A stretch of 64,000 bases of DNA from Planctomycetota bacterium (GCA_965228735.1 OZ245838.1:1088001-1152000), one strand, 5' to 3'; numbered from the stretch's first letter, positions 17,333-27,761 are shown. The notes: generated from the letters alone by a model not told the origin. Numbers and translations: made by a program.

Positions 17333-20093
17333 CGTCCGTCGGTCGGCACACCCGCTTCAGGTGCAGGGGGCGGCGCAGGCCCTCGGGGCCGTGGTCGCTC
17401 GCCGAGCGCGTTCGACCGAGCCATTCCTCGAACACCGCCATCGACTTGCTCGTGTCGACGTAGACGTCGCCGTAGCGGTCGCCGGGTTCGGCGGCCGTGA
17501 CCGTCACCTTCTGGTGCCAGCAGTGCATCCCACTGACGGGGTCGGGCTGGGCCGGGAACGTCATGTTCTGGTGCACGCCGCCGCTCGTCCACCAGACCTT
17601 GCTGCTCTCCTTGTCGCCGCTCTCGAACGCGCGGATGTCGCTGGTCCGGCGCATGAGGTAGGCGGTGTCGCTGACCTTCTGCAGGTCGACGTCGGGCATC
17701 TGCCAGCGGTTGCCGCCGACGTGATCGCCCTTGACGACCCAGCGGCCGAGGTGGTGGCTGCACGCGATCACGCCCGGCCGCACGCCCTCGGTGACCCAGA
17801 CCGCGTTGACGTAGTGCCCGATCCGCGTCGTGACGCGCACGAGTTCGCCCATCTTGACGCCGATGCGCTCGGCGTCGGTGGGGTGGATCCAGACGGGGTT
17901 GGTGTTCGACAGCTCCGTGAGCCACTTGCTGTTCGCGGAGCGCGTGTGGATCAGCGTCGGGAGCCGGAACGTCGGCACGAGCGCCATCTCGCCGGCTGCG
18001 CGATCGAGCTTGCTCTCGTCGATGTGCGACGGCACGTAGACCGGCACGGACAGCTCGGGCCAGCCCCAGTCCGTCATCGTCTGCGAGTAGAGCTCGAGCT
18101 TCTTGCTCAGCGTGTGGAAGCCGCGCCGGGCCTTGCCGCCGGCGAACACCCCGACGACCTCGCCGCCCTGCGCGACGGTGCCGCGCAGCTCGTCGACCTC
18201 GTACTCGCCGCTCGGCAGCTCGGCCTCGTGCGTCTTGTAGACCTCTTCCTGCACGGTGAAGCAGCCGTGTCGGCGCATGTATTCGAGTGGCGTCAGGCCT
18301 TCCTTCTCGGCCGCCTCCGGCAGACCCGGCACCGAGTTCTCGAAGATCCACCCGTAGTACTCGTCGATCGTGATCCGCTCACCGCGCCGATACGGCGACT
18401 CGAAGTGCTCACGGATGCCGAGCTCGCCGTCCGGATCGATCTTCCACGACAGCGCGATCCAGAACTCGTCCTCCTCCCACACCTCGTCGGGATTGACCTC
18501 CCAGGTCCAGGTGAACTCCTTGCCCTCGCGCTGCGCGAGCACGCGCGCGACCGGCTGGCGGAAGCCGATCCACGTCGCCGCGTGCGTCTCCTGGGACATC
18601 AGGTCGTGGCGCTCGGTCGCGTGACCCATCGGCAACACGAAGTCGGCCCAGCGCGACGTCTCGTTCCACGTCGGCGTGAGCGCCGCGTGACATCCCACGA
18701 GGCTCTCGTCCTGCAGCACGTCGATCCACATCGCGCCGTCGGGGTTGGTCCAGACCGGGTTGTAGACCCGCGTGAAGTAGGTATCGATGACGCCGCGTCC
18801 GCTCTTGAGCAGGTGCGGCAGGCAGAACGACAGCTCGTGGTGGGCGAGCGGATACTCCGTCGGGTAGAGCAGCTCGGACCAGACGTCCTGCGGCCGCGGC
18901 TTGCTGTGCGTCGCGGGGACGAACTTGTTGGTCGCGGACGGCGCGGTGCCGCCGATCGTGCTCACGGCGCCCGCGAGAACGGACACGAACTGCAGGGTGC
19001 GCGCGACCGCCCAACCGCCCTCGTTCCCGGCCGCGGCGTTGCGCCAGACGTGCGAGCTGAAGCCGCTGCCGGCCTTGCCGATCTCGCGCCCGATCTCCTC
19101 GATCATCGCCGCATCGAGGCCGCAGATCTCGGCGACCTTGTCTGGCGTCGCGTCCGCGTAATCGGCGGCGAGGTCGATCTTGAACTGGTCGAAGTCGGCG
19201 CGCGAGGTCACCGTGCGGCCCTTGGCCTCCTGGTACGACACCCAGTCGACCCAGTCGCGCACGAAGTCCCAGTCGACGAGGTCCTCGCGCAGCATCACGT
19301 GCGCGAAGCCGAGCAGCATCATCGCCTCGGTGCCGGGCCGCGGCGGCAGCCAGTAGTCCGCCATGCTCGCCGTGTTGGACAGGCGGATGTCACAGACGGC
19401 GAGTTTGCCGCCCTTCATCTTGCCGTCGATGATGCGCTGCGCGTGCGGGTTGAAGTAGTGGCCGGTCTCCAGGTGGGCCGAGATGAGCAAGGTGAACCTG
19501 GCGTTCTCGTAGTCGGGCGACGGCCGGTCGTAGCCGCTCCACAGCGTGTAGCCGAGGCGCGCCGCCGCGCTGCACACGTTGGTGTGCGAGTTGTGCCCAT
19601 CGACACCCCACGACTGCAGAACGCGCTCGACGTAGCCGTCGTGCCCCGGACGCCCGACGTGGTACATGACCTCGGTCTTGCGATCCTCGAGGATCGCCTT
19701 CCGGATGCGCCCGGCGAGCGTGTCGAGGACCTCGTCCCAGCTCACGCGTTCGAACTTGCCGCTGCCGCGTGGGCCGACGCGCTTCATCGGGTAGCGCACG
19801 CGGTCGGGATCGTGGACCTGGTTGAGCGTCGCCGGGCCCTTGGCGCAGTTGCGGCCGCGGGAGCCCGGGTGATACGGGTTGCCCTCGAGCTTGCGGATCT
19901 TGCCGTCGGCCTTGTCGACGTAGGCGACGAGGCCGCACGCCGCTTCGCAGTTGAAGCAGATCGTCGGAACGAGCGAGTAGTTCTTCGTGACCCGGCGCGG
20001 CCAGGCCTTGGCGTCGAGTTCCTGCCAGTCGTCCCACTGGTCCGGCGGCGGGAAGCTCTCGAGTGGTGTCGTGCGCAGCGTGCTGTGGTCCAT
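17316..20093 (-). CDS. Molybdopterin (bis-MGD) oxidoreductase catalytic subunit, DMSO-reductase superfamily
   Basis: N-terminal ICFNCEAAC...GRNCAKG [4Fe-4S] motif, RVRYPMKR..RG.GKFERVSWDE, HNSHTNVC, C-terminal VWIHPTDAERIGV molydopterin-binding domain; no Tat signal. Confidence 0.93.
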   Translation of the reverse strand: MDHSTLRTTPLESFPPPDQWDDWQELDAKAWPRRVTKNYSLVPTICFNCEAACGLVAYVDKADGKIRKLEGNPYHPGSRGRNCAKGPATLNQVHDPDRVRYPMKRVGPRGSGKFERVSWDEVLDTLAGRIRKAILEDRKTEVMYHVGRPGHDGYVERVLQSWGVDGHNSHTNVCSAAARLGYTLWSGYDRPSPDYENARFTLLISAHLETGHYFNPHAQRIIDGKMKGGKLAVCDIRLSNTASMADYWLPPRPGTEAMMLLGFAHVMLREDLVDWDFVRDWVDWVSYQEAKGRTVTSRADFDQFKIDLAADYADATPDKVAEICGLDAAMIEEIGREIGKAGSGFSSHVWRNAAAGNEGGWAVARTLQFVSVLAGAVSTIGGTAPSATNKFVPATHSKPRPQDVWSELLYPTEYPLAHHELSFCLPHLLKSGRGVIDTYFTRVYNPVWTNPDGAMWIDVLQDESLVGCHAALTPTWNETSRWADFVLPMGHATERHDLMSQETHAATWIGFRQPVARVLAQREGKEFTWTWEVNPDEVWEEDEFWIALSWKIDPDGELGIREHFESPYRRGERITIDEYYGWIFENSVPGLPEAAEKEGLTPLEYMRRHGCFTVQEEVYKTHEAELPSGEYEVDELRGTVAQGGEVVGVFAGGKARRGFHTLSKKLELYSQTMTDWGWPELSVPVYVPSHIDESKLDRAAGEMALVPTFRLPTLIHTRSANSKWLTELSNTNPVWIHPTDAERIGVKMGELVRVTTRIGHYVNAVWVTEGVRPGVIACSHHLGRWVVKGDHVGGNRWQMPDVDLQKVSDTAYLMRRTSDIRAFESGDKESSKVWWTSGGVHQNMTFPAQPDPVSGMHCWHQKVTVTAAEPGDRYGDVYVDTSKSMAVFEEWLGRTRSASDHGPEGLRRPLHLKRVCRPTDDAFRI

Positions 20094-20190
20094 CGGCGCA
20101 CCCACGATAGGGGGGCAACGCCCGCGGGTCACGGCATCTGTTTCGCCCCGGCCCGTTGCGATCTGGCGGGGCTCACGACGGCGCCCGCGA

Positions 20191-21405
20191 TCAACGGACC
20201 ACGACGGTGCTGATCTGCGATGCCTCGAGCGGCAGCGCGGTGCCCGCGAGCGCCTGGGCGGTCAGCGCCGTGCCGTGCAGGCTCGGATCGTTCGGCAGCG
20301 TGCCCGCGAGGTTCGCGTAGCCCGGCGCCTGGCCCACGGCGATCACGGCGGCGTCGATGTCGGTGAGACGCAGGCCTGGCTGTCGCGTGATCGTGCGGGC
20401 GGTGCCGTCGGGCGCGAACGCGAACGTCAGGAGCACGAGCGAGCCCGCCGGAACGCGCGCGTTGAAGGACCACGGGTTGCCGGGCTGCAGCGTGCCGCGA
20501 CGGTACGGCGGTTCGTTCCAGCCGGCACCGATGAGCGCGGGGTTCGTGAGGGTCGCTCCGATGGCCGCTGTCACGGGAACGAAACCCGGCAGGGTGACGC
20601 CGCCGGCAAAGACGGATCCGCTGCCGAACGGAGAACTCCCGAGTTCGACCGCGGTCGTGCTCGTGTTCACGAGCCCGTTGCCGCCCGGCTGGCCCATGCC
20701 GCCGCTGCCGGTGGAGTCATGCAGCCAGGTCTCGGCGACACCGCCGACGCGCAGCGCGGCTCCGCCCGGTCCGCCGAGGAAATCCTCGCCGCCCAACAGC
20801 CACGAATCCGCGGCATGCAGGACGCAGTCCGTGACGACCACGCCGTCGCCGCTCGGCATCGTGCCGCCAAAGCATCGGGTCTTCGTGAGCGCGACCGTCG
20901 CGTTGCGGGCGCGCAGCGCGATGCCGCCCGGGCCGCCCTCGAAGCGACAGAACGCGGCGGACATCTGGCAGTCGCTGGCCTCGACCACGGCGACCCCGTT
21001 GCCCGGGGCCGCGCCGCTGCGGAAGCGGCAGTCCTCGAACTCGACGGTCCCGCTGACGACCCGGGCGCCGCCCGTCAGCTGCGCGCCGGTCGCGGGTCGC
21101 ACGTCGATGCGGGACACGATCGCCCGCGCTCCTGGCGGGAGAGCGACCGCGATGCCGACACCCTGCGACACGACGACGCTCGGTGCGCGGTGTTCGCCCG
21201 CGTGACCGACGATCGTCACGGGTCGGTCGATGACGAACGGCTGATACGGCTGCACCCGTTCCATGACCTCGATGACGGTTCCCGGCGTCGCCGCCTGGAT
21301 GGCGAGCGCGATCTCCGGGACCTGGCTCGGCACGAGGATGCGATTCTGGGCGACCGCGGTAGCCGCGAGCGCGAGAACGACGAATGGCAGGGTAGTGCGT
21401 GGCAT
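20191..21405 (-). CDS. Secreted right-handed beta-helix-like protein with C-terminal beta-rich domain
   Basis: Signal peptide MPRTTLPFVVLALAATAVA|Q; IALAIQAATPGTVIEV start typical of pectin-lyase-like folds; Gly-rich repeats. Confidence 0.72.
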   Translation of the reverse strand: MPRTTLPFVVLALAATAVAQNRILVPSQVPEIALAIQAATPGTVIEVMERVQPYQPFVIDRPVTIVGHAGEHRAPSVVVSQGVGIAVALPPGARAIVSRIDVRPATGAQLTGGARVVSGTVEFEDCRFRSGAAPGNGVAVVEASDCQMSAAFCRFEGGPGGIALRARNATVALTKTRCFGGTMPSGDGVVVTDCVLHAADSWLLGGEDFLGGPGGAALRVGGVAETWLHDSTGSGGMGQPGGNGLVNTSTTAVELGSSPFGSGSVFAGGVTLPGFVPVTAAIGATLTNPALIGAGWNEPPYRRGTLQPGNPWSFNARVPAGSLVLLTFAFAPDGTARTITRQPGLRLTDIDAAVIAVGQAPGYANLAGTLPNDPSLHGTALTAQALAGTALPLEASQISTVVVR

Positions 21406-21552
21406 GGCTGGTGCCCGAGGACGGTGCCCTGGGCGGCACCCGGGGGACAGGTGGCCGCCGGCGGAGGTGCGAGGCCATAGTCTCGACCAACAGGAGCGTA
21501 ACGCCTGCGTCAGGGCCTTGCCTGATCGCGGGCGATCGGGTCGCCTCCCCGC

Positions 21553-23451
21553 ATGCGCAGCATTTCCGTCGCCCTGCTCTTCGTGCTGTCGACGGCGAGC
21601 AGCGTCGAGGCCCAGACCGTCGGGTCGCCCGATGGCCCGAAGGCGACCGGCACGGGGACGATCCGCCTCGCCGAGCCCGTTCGGGTGACGCATCCCGGGC
21701 GCGTTCTCGACGCGAACGGGCAGGGCGTCGCGGGCGCCGAGGTGACATTCTTCGCGCAGGACGCTGACGGCGTTGCGCTGCTGACGGACGTCGTGCGCGT
21801 GACCACGCGCAAGAACGGTCGGTTCCGCGCGCAGCTCTGGCCGACCCGGCCGTACAGCGCATGGGCGACGCGCGCCCTCGAGGATGGCACGCAGGTCGCA
21901 ACGGCGCTCGTCGAACGCGATTACCCGATGACGGAGCTGCAGTTCCCGGAACCCGAATCCCGAAAGCCAACGCGCGAGGCCGGCTCCGTCCAGGGCTTCG
22001 AACCGTGGCTCGAACTCGGCGCGCTGCGTCTGGAGTTCACGTTCGCGGGCGTGCCGGGGGTCCTCGACCCGACGGCCGTGGCGGCCGACGGGTCGTTCAT
22101 CCTGCCGGTGCTGCCGACCGGCGGGCGACTCGAGGTCGACGCGTTCGTCGACGACGGGCTCGTGTACCGCGGCTCGATGTCGCGGCGCGGTGACCAGGTC
22201 GTCGACCTGCCGCCGCCGCAGAGGGTCGAGGCGTTCGTTCACGATTTCGCCGACGCGCCGGTGTCGGATGCCGAGATCCACCGCCTCGAGGGCACGTGGC
22301 GCGGGCAGCGCGGCCCGCTGCCGGCGGGCCAGCTCGTGCGCCGCTACCCGGTGGCGCGAACCGGCGCCGACGGCAAGGCGACCTTCTACGTCGCCGGGAC
22401 GAAGCACCCGCGCGAGGGCGTGAGTGGCCGGCCACTCGTCTTCGTCGCGCGCAAGGTGGGCTATCGCGAGGGCGTCGCGGGGTTCGGGGGCAAGCCGTTC
22501 CGCGCGCGCAAGCAGCTCGAAGAGCTCGCGCCGACCGACCCGCTGCCGTTCGGGCTGCTGATCCAGGAGCCGGTGTTGGGGACCTACCGCGGCGAGCCGC
22601 TCGGCGATCGGTTCATCGGGCTGACGGGTAACTTCAGCGCGCCGTACCGCGAGAACAGCTACTACGGGATCGGTGACGAATCGCCGCTCCCGTTCGATGC
22701 GCAAGGCCGCCTCGTGCACGTGCCCGCGAACGAGCAGCACCGGACGCGTTCGCTGCGCATCGCGGACGTGTTGCCGCCAGTGGCTGCCGACAGCCCGTTC
22801 CGGCGCGCGGTCGTGAAGCGCCCGCTCGTGCTCGGCGACCCGACGCAGCTCGGCGAGTTCGAACTGGACCTCACGGCAGTGCAGTCGCTCGCGCTGCAGG
22901 TCGTCGACCTGACCGGGGGGCCGGCGATGGGGGCGGCCGTCGCGTGCGTGCCCCTCGCCAACTCGAACATCGACATCGCGGACGTGCCGCGCGTCGAGAC
23001 CGACGCCGTCGGGCGGGCCGTGTTCGCCGTCGTTCCGGGCAAGTGGCTGCTCCTCGTCATCGGAGAGGACGGCTACTACCAGCGTGAGATCGTGATCGAA
23101 GCCGGGATCGCGCCCGAGCCGCTCGCGATCGACCTCGAGCCGCTGCCGCTCGCGCGCTACCGCGTCGTGGACGGCGACGGTGAGCCGATCGCCGGCGCGA
23201 CGTTCGACTCGTCGGGCGGATCCTGGGGCGGCGGGTCCTCGCCCGCCGACTCCGTGATGTCCGACGTGTGCTACTACCTCGCGAGCTGGCAGATCGATCG
23301 CGCGGTGACCGACAGCAACGGCTGCGCCAAGATCCCGTTCCTGCCGAACAAGCACGTGCGGGTCGACTTCCGCGTGCGCCACGGCCGAACCCGGAGCTCC
23401 GAGTTCCGCATCACCGAGAGCGAGGACTACTTCGACATCGAGCTGCGCTGA
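21553..23451 (+). CDS. Secreted protein with carboxypeptidase-regulatory-like (Ig/prealbumin) repeats
   Basis: Signal peptide; repeated GRVLDANGQGVAGAEV, VVDLTGGPAMGAAV, RVVDGDGEPIAGA..TDSNG. Confidence 0.78.
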   Translation: MRSISVALLFVLSTASSVEAQTVGSPDGPKATGTGTIRLAEPVRVTHPGRVLDANGQGVAGAEVTFFAQDADGVALLTDVVRVTTRKNGRFRAQLWPTRPYSAWATRALEDGTQVATALVERDYPMTELQFPEPESRKPTREAGSVQGFEPWLELGALRLEFTFAGVPGVLDPTAVAADGSFILPVLPTGGRLEVDAFVDDGLVYRGSMSRRGDQVVDLPPPQRVEAFVHDFADAPVSDAEIHRLEGTWRGQRGPLPAGQLVRRYPVARTGADGKATFYVAGTKHPREGVSGRPLVFVARKVGYREGVAGFGGKPFRARKQLEELAPTDPLPFGLLIQEPVLGTYRGEPLGDRFIGLTGNFSAPYRENSYYGIGDESPLPFDAQGRLVHVPANEQHRTRSLRIADVLPPVAADSPFRRAVVKRPLVLGDPTQLGEFELDLTAVQSLALQVVDLTGGPAMGAAVACVPLANSNIDIADVPRVETDAVGRAVFAVVPGKWLLLVIGEDGYYQREIVIEAGIAPEPLAIDLEPLPLARYRVVDGDGEPIAGATFDSSGGSWGGGSSPADSVMSDVCYYLASWQIDRAVTDSNGCAKIPFLPNKHVRVDFRVRHGRTRSSEFRITESEDYFDIELR

Positions 23452-23483
23452 ACGGGCCGGCGCCCGACCGCCGCAGTCCCGGT

Positions 23484-23518
23484 CTACTGGCTACTGGCGA
23501 CTGGCTACTGGCTACTGG
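23484..23518. repeat. Tandem heptamer (CTACTGG)x5, one variant CGACTGG, overlapping the CBS gene stop codon
   Basis: Read directly from sequence. Confidence 0.9.
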
Positions 23519-23976
23519 AGCAGGTCCATGTGGTCCTGCAGTCGCTCGTAGTTGCTCTTCTCGCGGTGGGCGTAGAGTTTTCTGAGCGCCTTCAGGACGT
23601 CGCCGCGCGAGATGATGCCGACGAGTCTGGCGCTGTCGAGGTCCTCGACCACGGGCATCCGCCGGATCGGGTACGCGCGGAACAGGGACGCAACCTCGTA
23701 GAGATCGGTGGCTGCGGTCACGACGCGGAAGTCGCGGCGCATGTGCTGGGCCACGTTGCCCGGCGGTTCGCCCTCGTAGTGGGCGGATGCGATCGCGGTC
23801 AGGCCATCGCGCTCGCTGAAGATTCCGACGATGCGGTCCCGGTCGATCACGGGCGCGCCGGAGAAGCCGCGTTGCAGCAGCGTCTCGACCGCGTCGAGCA
23901 CGTCGTGATCCGGGCGCAGAACGTGGACGTTCCGCTTCATCACATGGCCGGCCGTGAGCATTCGGCTGGAGTCCAT
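23512..23976 (-). CDS. CBS-domain pair protein
   Basis: AGHVMKR, FSGAPVID..IVGIFSERD, IRRMPVV...LVGIISRGDVL. Confidence 0.92.
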   Translation of the reverse strand: MDSSRMLTAGHVMKRNVHVLRPDHDVLDAVETLLQRGFSGAPVIDRDRIVGIFSERDGLTAIASAHYEGEPPGNVAQHMRRDFRVVTAATDLYEVASLFRAYPIRRMPVVEDLDSARLVGIISRGDVLKALRKLYAHREKSNYERLQDHMDLLQ

Positions 23977-24137
23977 GACTTCTGATTCTAGCGCATTCGC
24001 CAAGACCGCGTTCGCGACCGCCCGGAATGGCGGCGAAACGCCTTGCCAACGCGGCATTCGCACCACGGGCAGGCCGTATTCGGGCGGACGCGCGGTTCCG
24101 CTTGTATCGGATACGGACTGCCGCCACCGTGCGGACC

Positions 24138-26165
24138 ATGTGCAAGTCGATCGCTCGTCCTCTCGCGCGGCCCCTGCTGCTCGGCCTCGGAATCTCGATC
24201 GCGCTGCCGGCGCAAGGCCTGACCGTCGAACAGGTCGAGGCGCTGAGGAGCGTCTCGAATCCGCAGGTCGGCGACGGGTTCATCGCCTTCGATCTCCGCG
24301 TTCCGCGTCCGCTCGCCGACGGTCCCGGCGGCTCCTACTCGCACGTCGGCGTCGCCACGAGCGACGTCTCGGCCAAGCCGCGCTGGCTGGTCGCGGGGAA
24401 GGGCGGGGTCAGCGGCATGCAGGTGCGGCCGCAGAATCGGGCGGTGAGCTACGTGAAATCCGTCGACGGCGTCCGGCAGCTGCACGTCCACGCCATCGAT
24501 GGTGACGCCGCGACGGTCTGGGCCCAGACCCCGGCAGTCGGCAGCTACCGCTGGCGCTCCGACGGCAACGCGATCGCCTTCACGTCGATCGATCCGCGCA
24601 GCCCGGGCCAGGCAAGAGCGCACGGCGCCGGTATCCGACCCGTGGTCGTCGACGAGGACTTTCGCCACCTGTCGCTGTGGTTCTGCGATGGCGGTGAGGC
24701 ACAGCAGCTGACGAGCGGCGTGACGGTCTACGACTTCCAGTGGTCGCCCGACGGCAGCAAGATCGCCGCCGCGATCGCGCCCAGGAACCTCGTCGACGAC
24801 AGCTACATGCAGAAGCGCCTGCACGTCATCGACCTCGGTACCGGCAAGATCGAACAGGTGGTCGACAACCCAGGCAAGCTCGGCGCGTTCGCCTGGTCGC
24901 CCGACGGCAATCGGCTCGCGTACATCAGCGCGGCGGACAGGAACGATCCGCATGCGGGCATGCTCTACGGCCTCGACCTGCAGAGCCGCGCGGTCGAGCC
25001 GTGGACCTTCGGCCTGCGGGGGATGATCCAGGGCGTCGTGGCAACGACGCAGGGCTTCCTGCTCACGGAGAGCATCGGTGTCCGCACGCGTTTCCGGCAC
25101 ATCGATGCCAGCAACCAAACGCTCTGGACGTTCGAACCGAAGACGGCGCGGCTCGCCATCAGCGCCGTCGCAACCGGCGGTGATCGGCTCGCGTTCACCG
25201 CGAGCAGCCCGCGACATCCCGCCGAGTTGTTCGTCGCCGATGCGGCCGGTGCGCCATCCGAGGCCCGCCGCGTGACGGACAGCAATCCCGAACTCGGCGC
25301 GGTGCAACTCGCAGAACAACGCGTCGTTCGGTTTCGCGCGCGCGACAAGCTGCCGATCGAGGGGCTGCTGCTGCAGCCGCTCGACTACGAGGAGGGGCGG
25401 CGCTACCCGTTCGTCATCGTTGCGCACGGCGGCCCGGAATCGCATCACCTCGACGGCTGGATCACGAGCTACTCGAGCTGGGGGCAGCTGCTCGCGGCGC
25501 GCGGCTACTTCGTCTGGTATCCCAACTACCGCGCCTCGACGGGCTACGGCGTGCAGTTCTGCAAGGCCGACCACGGGGACCCGATGGGCAAGGAGTTTCT
25601 CGACCACCTCGACGCGATCGACTTCTTCGAGGTCCAGGGACTCATCGATCGCGACCGGGTCGGGATCGGCGGCGGCAGCTACGGCGGCTACACCGCGGCC
25701 TGGGCTGCGACGCGGCACAGCGAACACTTCGCCGCGGCCGTGTCGTTCGTGCCGTTCGTCGACATCCGCACCAAGTGGATGACGAGCGACATCCCGATGG
25801 AGTTCTACTACGTGCACTACGAGGAACAGTGGCCGTGGCAGCAGCCGGGGCTGCTCGCGGATCGCAGTCCGCTGACCTGGGCCACCGACTGCGACACGCC
25901 GCTGCTGCTCGCGGGCGGCACGTCGGACACGCGCGTGCATCCGAGCCAGCCGTTCATGCTCTACCGCGCGGTGAAGTTCGGCACGGACACGCCGACGCGC
26001 TACGTGCAGTACCCGGGCGAAGGGCACGGCAACCGCACCAACGTCTACCGCTACGACTACGCGTTGCGCGCGCTGCGCTGGTTCGACCACTACCTCAAGG
26101 GCGAGGGCGATCGCCGGAGCAGGCCGCTGCCGCCGAAGGACCTCGCGTACCCGGCGCTGCAGTAA
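24138..26165 (+). CDS. Secreted S9 family peptidase (prolyl oligopeptidase/acylaminoacyl peptidase)
   Basis: WSPDG beta-propeller repeats, HGGPE, GGSYGG nucleophile, DTRV, YPGEGH. Confidence 0.93.
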   Translation: MCKSIARPLARPLLLGLGISIALPAQGLTVEQVEALRSVSNPQVGDGFIAFDLRVPRPLADGPGGSYSHVGVATSDVSAKPRWLVAGKGGVSGMQVRPQNRAVSYVKSVDGVRQLHVHAIDGDAATVWAQTPAVGSYRWRSDGNAIAFTSIDPRSPGQARAHGAGIRPVVVDEDFRHLSLWFCDGGEAQQLTSGVTVYDFQWSPDGSKIAAAIAPRNLVDDSYMQKRLHVIDLGTGKIEQVVDNPGKLGAFAWSPDGNRLAYISAADRNDPHAGMLYGLDLQSRAVEPWTFGLRGMIQGVVATTQGFLLTESIGVRTRFRHIDASNQTLWTFEPKTARLAISAVATGGDRLAFTASSPRHPAELFVADAAGAPSEARRVTDSNPELGAVQLAEQRVVRFRARDKLPIEGLLLQPLDYEEGRRYPFVIVAHGGPESHHLDGWITSYSSWGQLLAARGYFVWYPNYRASTGYGVQFCKADHGDPMGKEFLDHLDAIDFFEVQGLIDRDRVGIGGGSYGGYTAAWAATRHSEHFAAAVSFVPFVDIRTKWMTSDIPMEFYYVHYEEQWPWQQPGLLADRSPLTWATDCDTPLLLAGGTSDTRVHPSQPFMLYRAVKFGTDTPTRYVQYPGEGHGNRTNVYRYDYALRALRWFDHYLKGEGDRRSRPLPPKDLAYPALQ

Positions 26166-26243
26166 CCGCCAGCACTGCGGGGGCGGGGCGGTGCCAGAGC
26201 GCCGGGTCCGGCACGGCTTGCCAGCGCCCGGCTGGCCAATGCA

Positions 26244-27761
26244 TCAGGACAACGGCGGCAGCTGGGCGGCGCGCACGTAGGCCCGTTCGTAGAGGAACAG
26301 GCCGATCCAGCTGACCGCGGCGCACAGCGCGAGCACGACGGGTTCGTGCACGCCCGCCGCCGCGAGGATCAGCGCGAGGATCGCCGCCGCCGTCGTCGTC
26401 GCGAGACCCGCGTGGAACGCCGACAGGCGCGCGCCGGGCCACGCCGGAATCGTCGACAGCAACGCGGCCGCCATGCGGGCGTTGTGGGTGTGGTGCTTGC
26501 CGTGGCGTTCGGCGAAGCCGAGCACGTGATTGCCGATCGCCGCGCCCGCGACGATGACCGCGAGGGACACCGAAGGCGCGAACGGCAGCAACGCGATCCC
26601 GCCGACGCAGACCGCCTGCACGAGCAGGTGGGGCAGCAGCATGCCGGTGTTCTGCCAGAGGTCGCGCCCCTCGCACTGCGCGAACAAGAACGCGGTGTAG
26701 GCCGCCGCCGCGGTGCCACCGAGCACGTTGACCCAACGCACCGCGTCCGCCGCGCCGTCGAACCCGAAGAAGCGCAGCGCGAGCGCTGCCGTCGACAGCG
26801 CGCCGAACGCCATGAGCACCCACGCGCCCTTGACGAGCCAGCTCTTGGTGTTGGGGCGCGTGAGCAGCGTGAAGAACTTCATCGGGCGCTTCAGGTCACC
26901 GACGAGCAACACGTTGGTCAGCCCGAGGAACGCGAGCGCGAGGAGCTCGGGCGCGTAGTCCGCGCCCGGTCCGGTCGAGCCGAAGAACGCGAGCAGCGGC
27001 GCGAGGATCGCGGCACCCGCACCGACGCCCTTCGTCACGAGGTAGGCCGCGACCTGCCAACCCCAATGCACCTTGTGGTCGACGTCGAGAGCGACGCGGG
27101 CGTCGTCGCGGACGAACTCCGACGCGGCGTCCGCCGGCAGCGGCGCCTTGGGCAGCCGGCGATCGCTCCAGATGTACATGTCCTCCTCGCGCGCCGTGCC
27201 CGGCTCGAGCGAGGCCTCGTGGGCGCCGAGGTAGAACACGTTCGGTCCGGTGTTCTGCTCCGGTCGGCGCACGGTCGCACCCGGGGTCTCACCGAGGATC
27301 TTGCCGACCGGGCTCGCCGGGTCGTGGACGTCGCCGCTGATGATCGCGGTCTCCGGGCACACCACCTCGCAGGCCGGCTTGAGGCCCTGCTCGACGCGGT
27401 GGGCGCAGAAGTGGCACTTCTCGGCGCCGCCGGTCTCCTCGTTCAGGTAGAGCGCATCGTACGGGCAGGCCTGCATGCACGCCTTGCAGCCGATGCAGAC
27501 GTCCTTGTCGAGGTCGACGATCCCGTCGGGGCGCTTGTCGAGCGCCGTCACCGGGCAGATCGTCACGCAGGGCGCCGAGGTGCACTGGTTGCAGCGCAAC
27601 ACCGCGAAGTGGCGCTTCACGGCCGGGAACGCCCCGACCTCCGTGTACTTCACCCACGTGCGGAAGTCGCCGAGCGGCACCTCGTTCTCGGACTTGCAGG
27701 CGACGGTGCAGGCGTGACAGCCGATACAGCGGCGTTGATCGAGGACGAAACCGTATTGCAT
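26244..27761 (-). CDS. Fused 4Fe-4S dicluster (NrfC/DmsB-like) and NrfD/PsrC membrane anchor
   Basis: CIGCHACTVAC, CNQCTSAPCVTICP, CIGCKACMQACPY, KCHFC...PACEVVCP, followed by WGWQVAAYL and DLKRP.KF..L...N.KSW...G multi-TM region. Confidence 0.9.
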   Translation of the reverse strand: MQYGFVLDQRRCIGCHACTVACKSENEVPLGDFRTWVKYTEVGAFPAVKRHFAVLRCNQCTSAPCVTICPVTALDKRPDGIVDLDKDVCIGCKACMQACPYDALYLNEETGGAEKCHFCAHRVEQGLKPACEVVCPETAIISGDVHDPASPVGKILGETPGATVRRPEQNTGPNVFYLGAHEASLEPGTAREEDMYIWSDRRLPKAPLPADAASEFVRDDARVALDVDHKVHWGWQVAAYLVTKGVGAGAAILAPLLAFFGSTGPGADYAPELLALAFLGLTNVLLVGDLKRPMKFFTLLTRPNTKSWLVKGAWVLMAFGALSTAALALRFFGFDGAADAVRWVNVLGGTAAAAYTAFLFAQCEGRDLWQNTGMLLPHLLVQAVCVGGIALLPFAPSVSLAVIVAGAAIGNHVLGFAERHGKHHTHNARMAAALLSTIPAWPGARLSAFHAGLATTTAAAILALILAAAGVHEPVVLALCAAVSWIGLFLYERAYVRAAQLPPLS

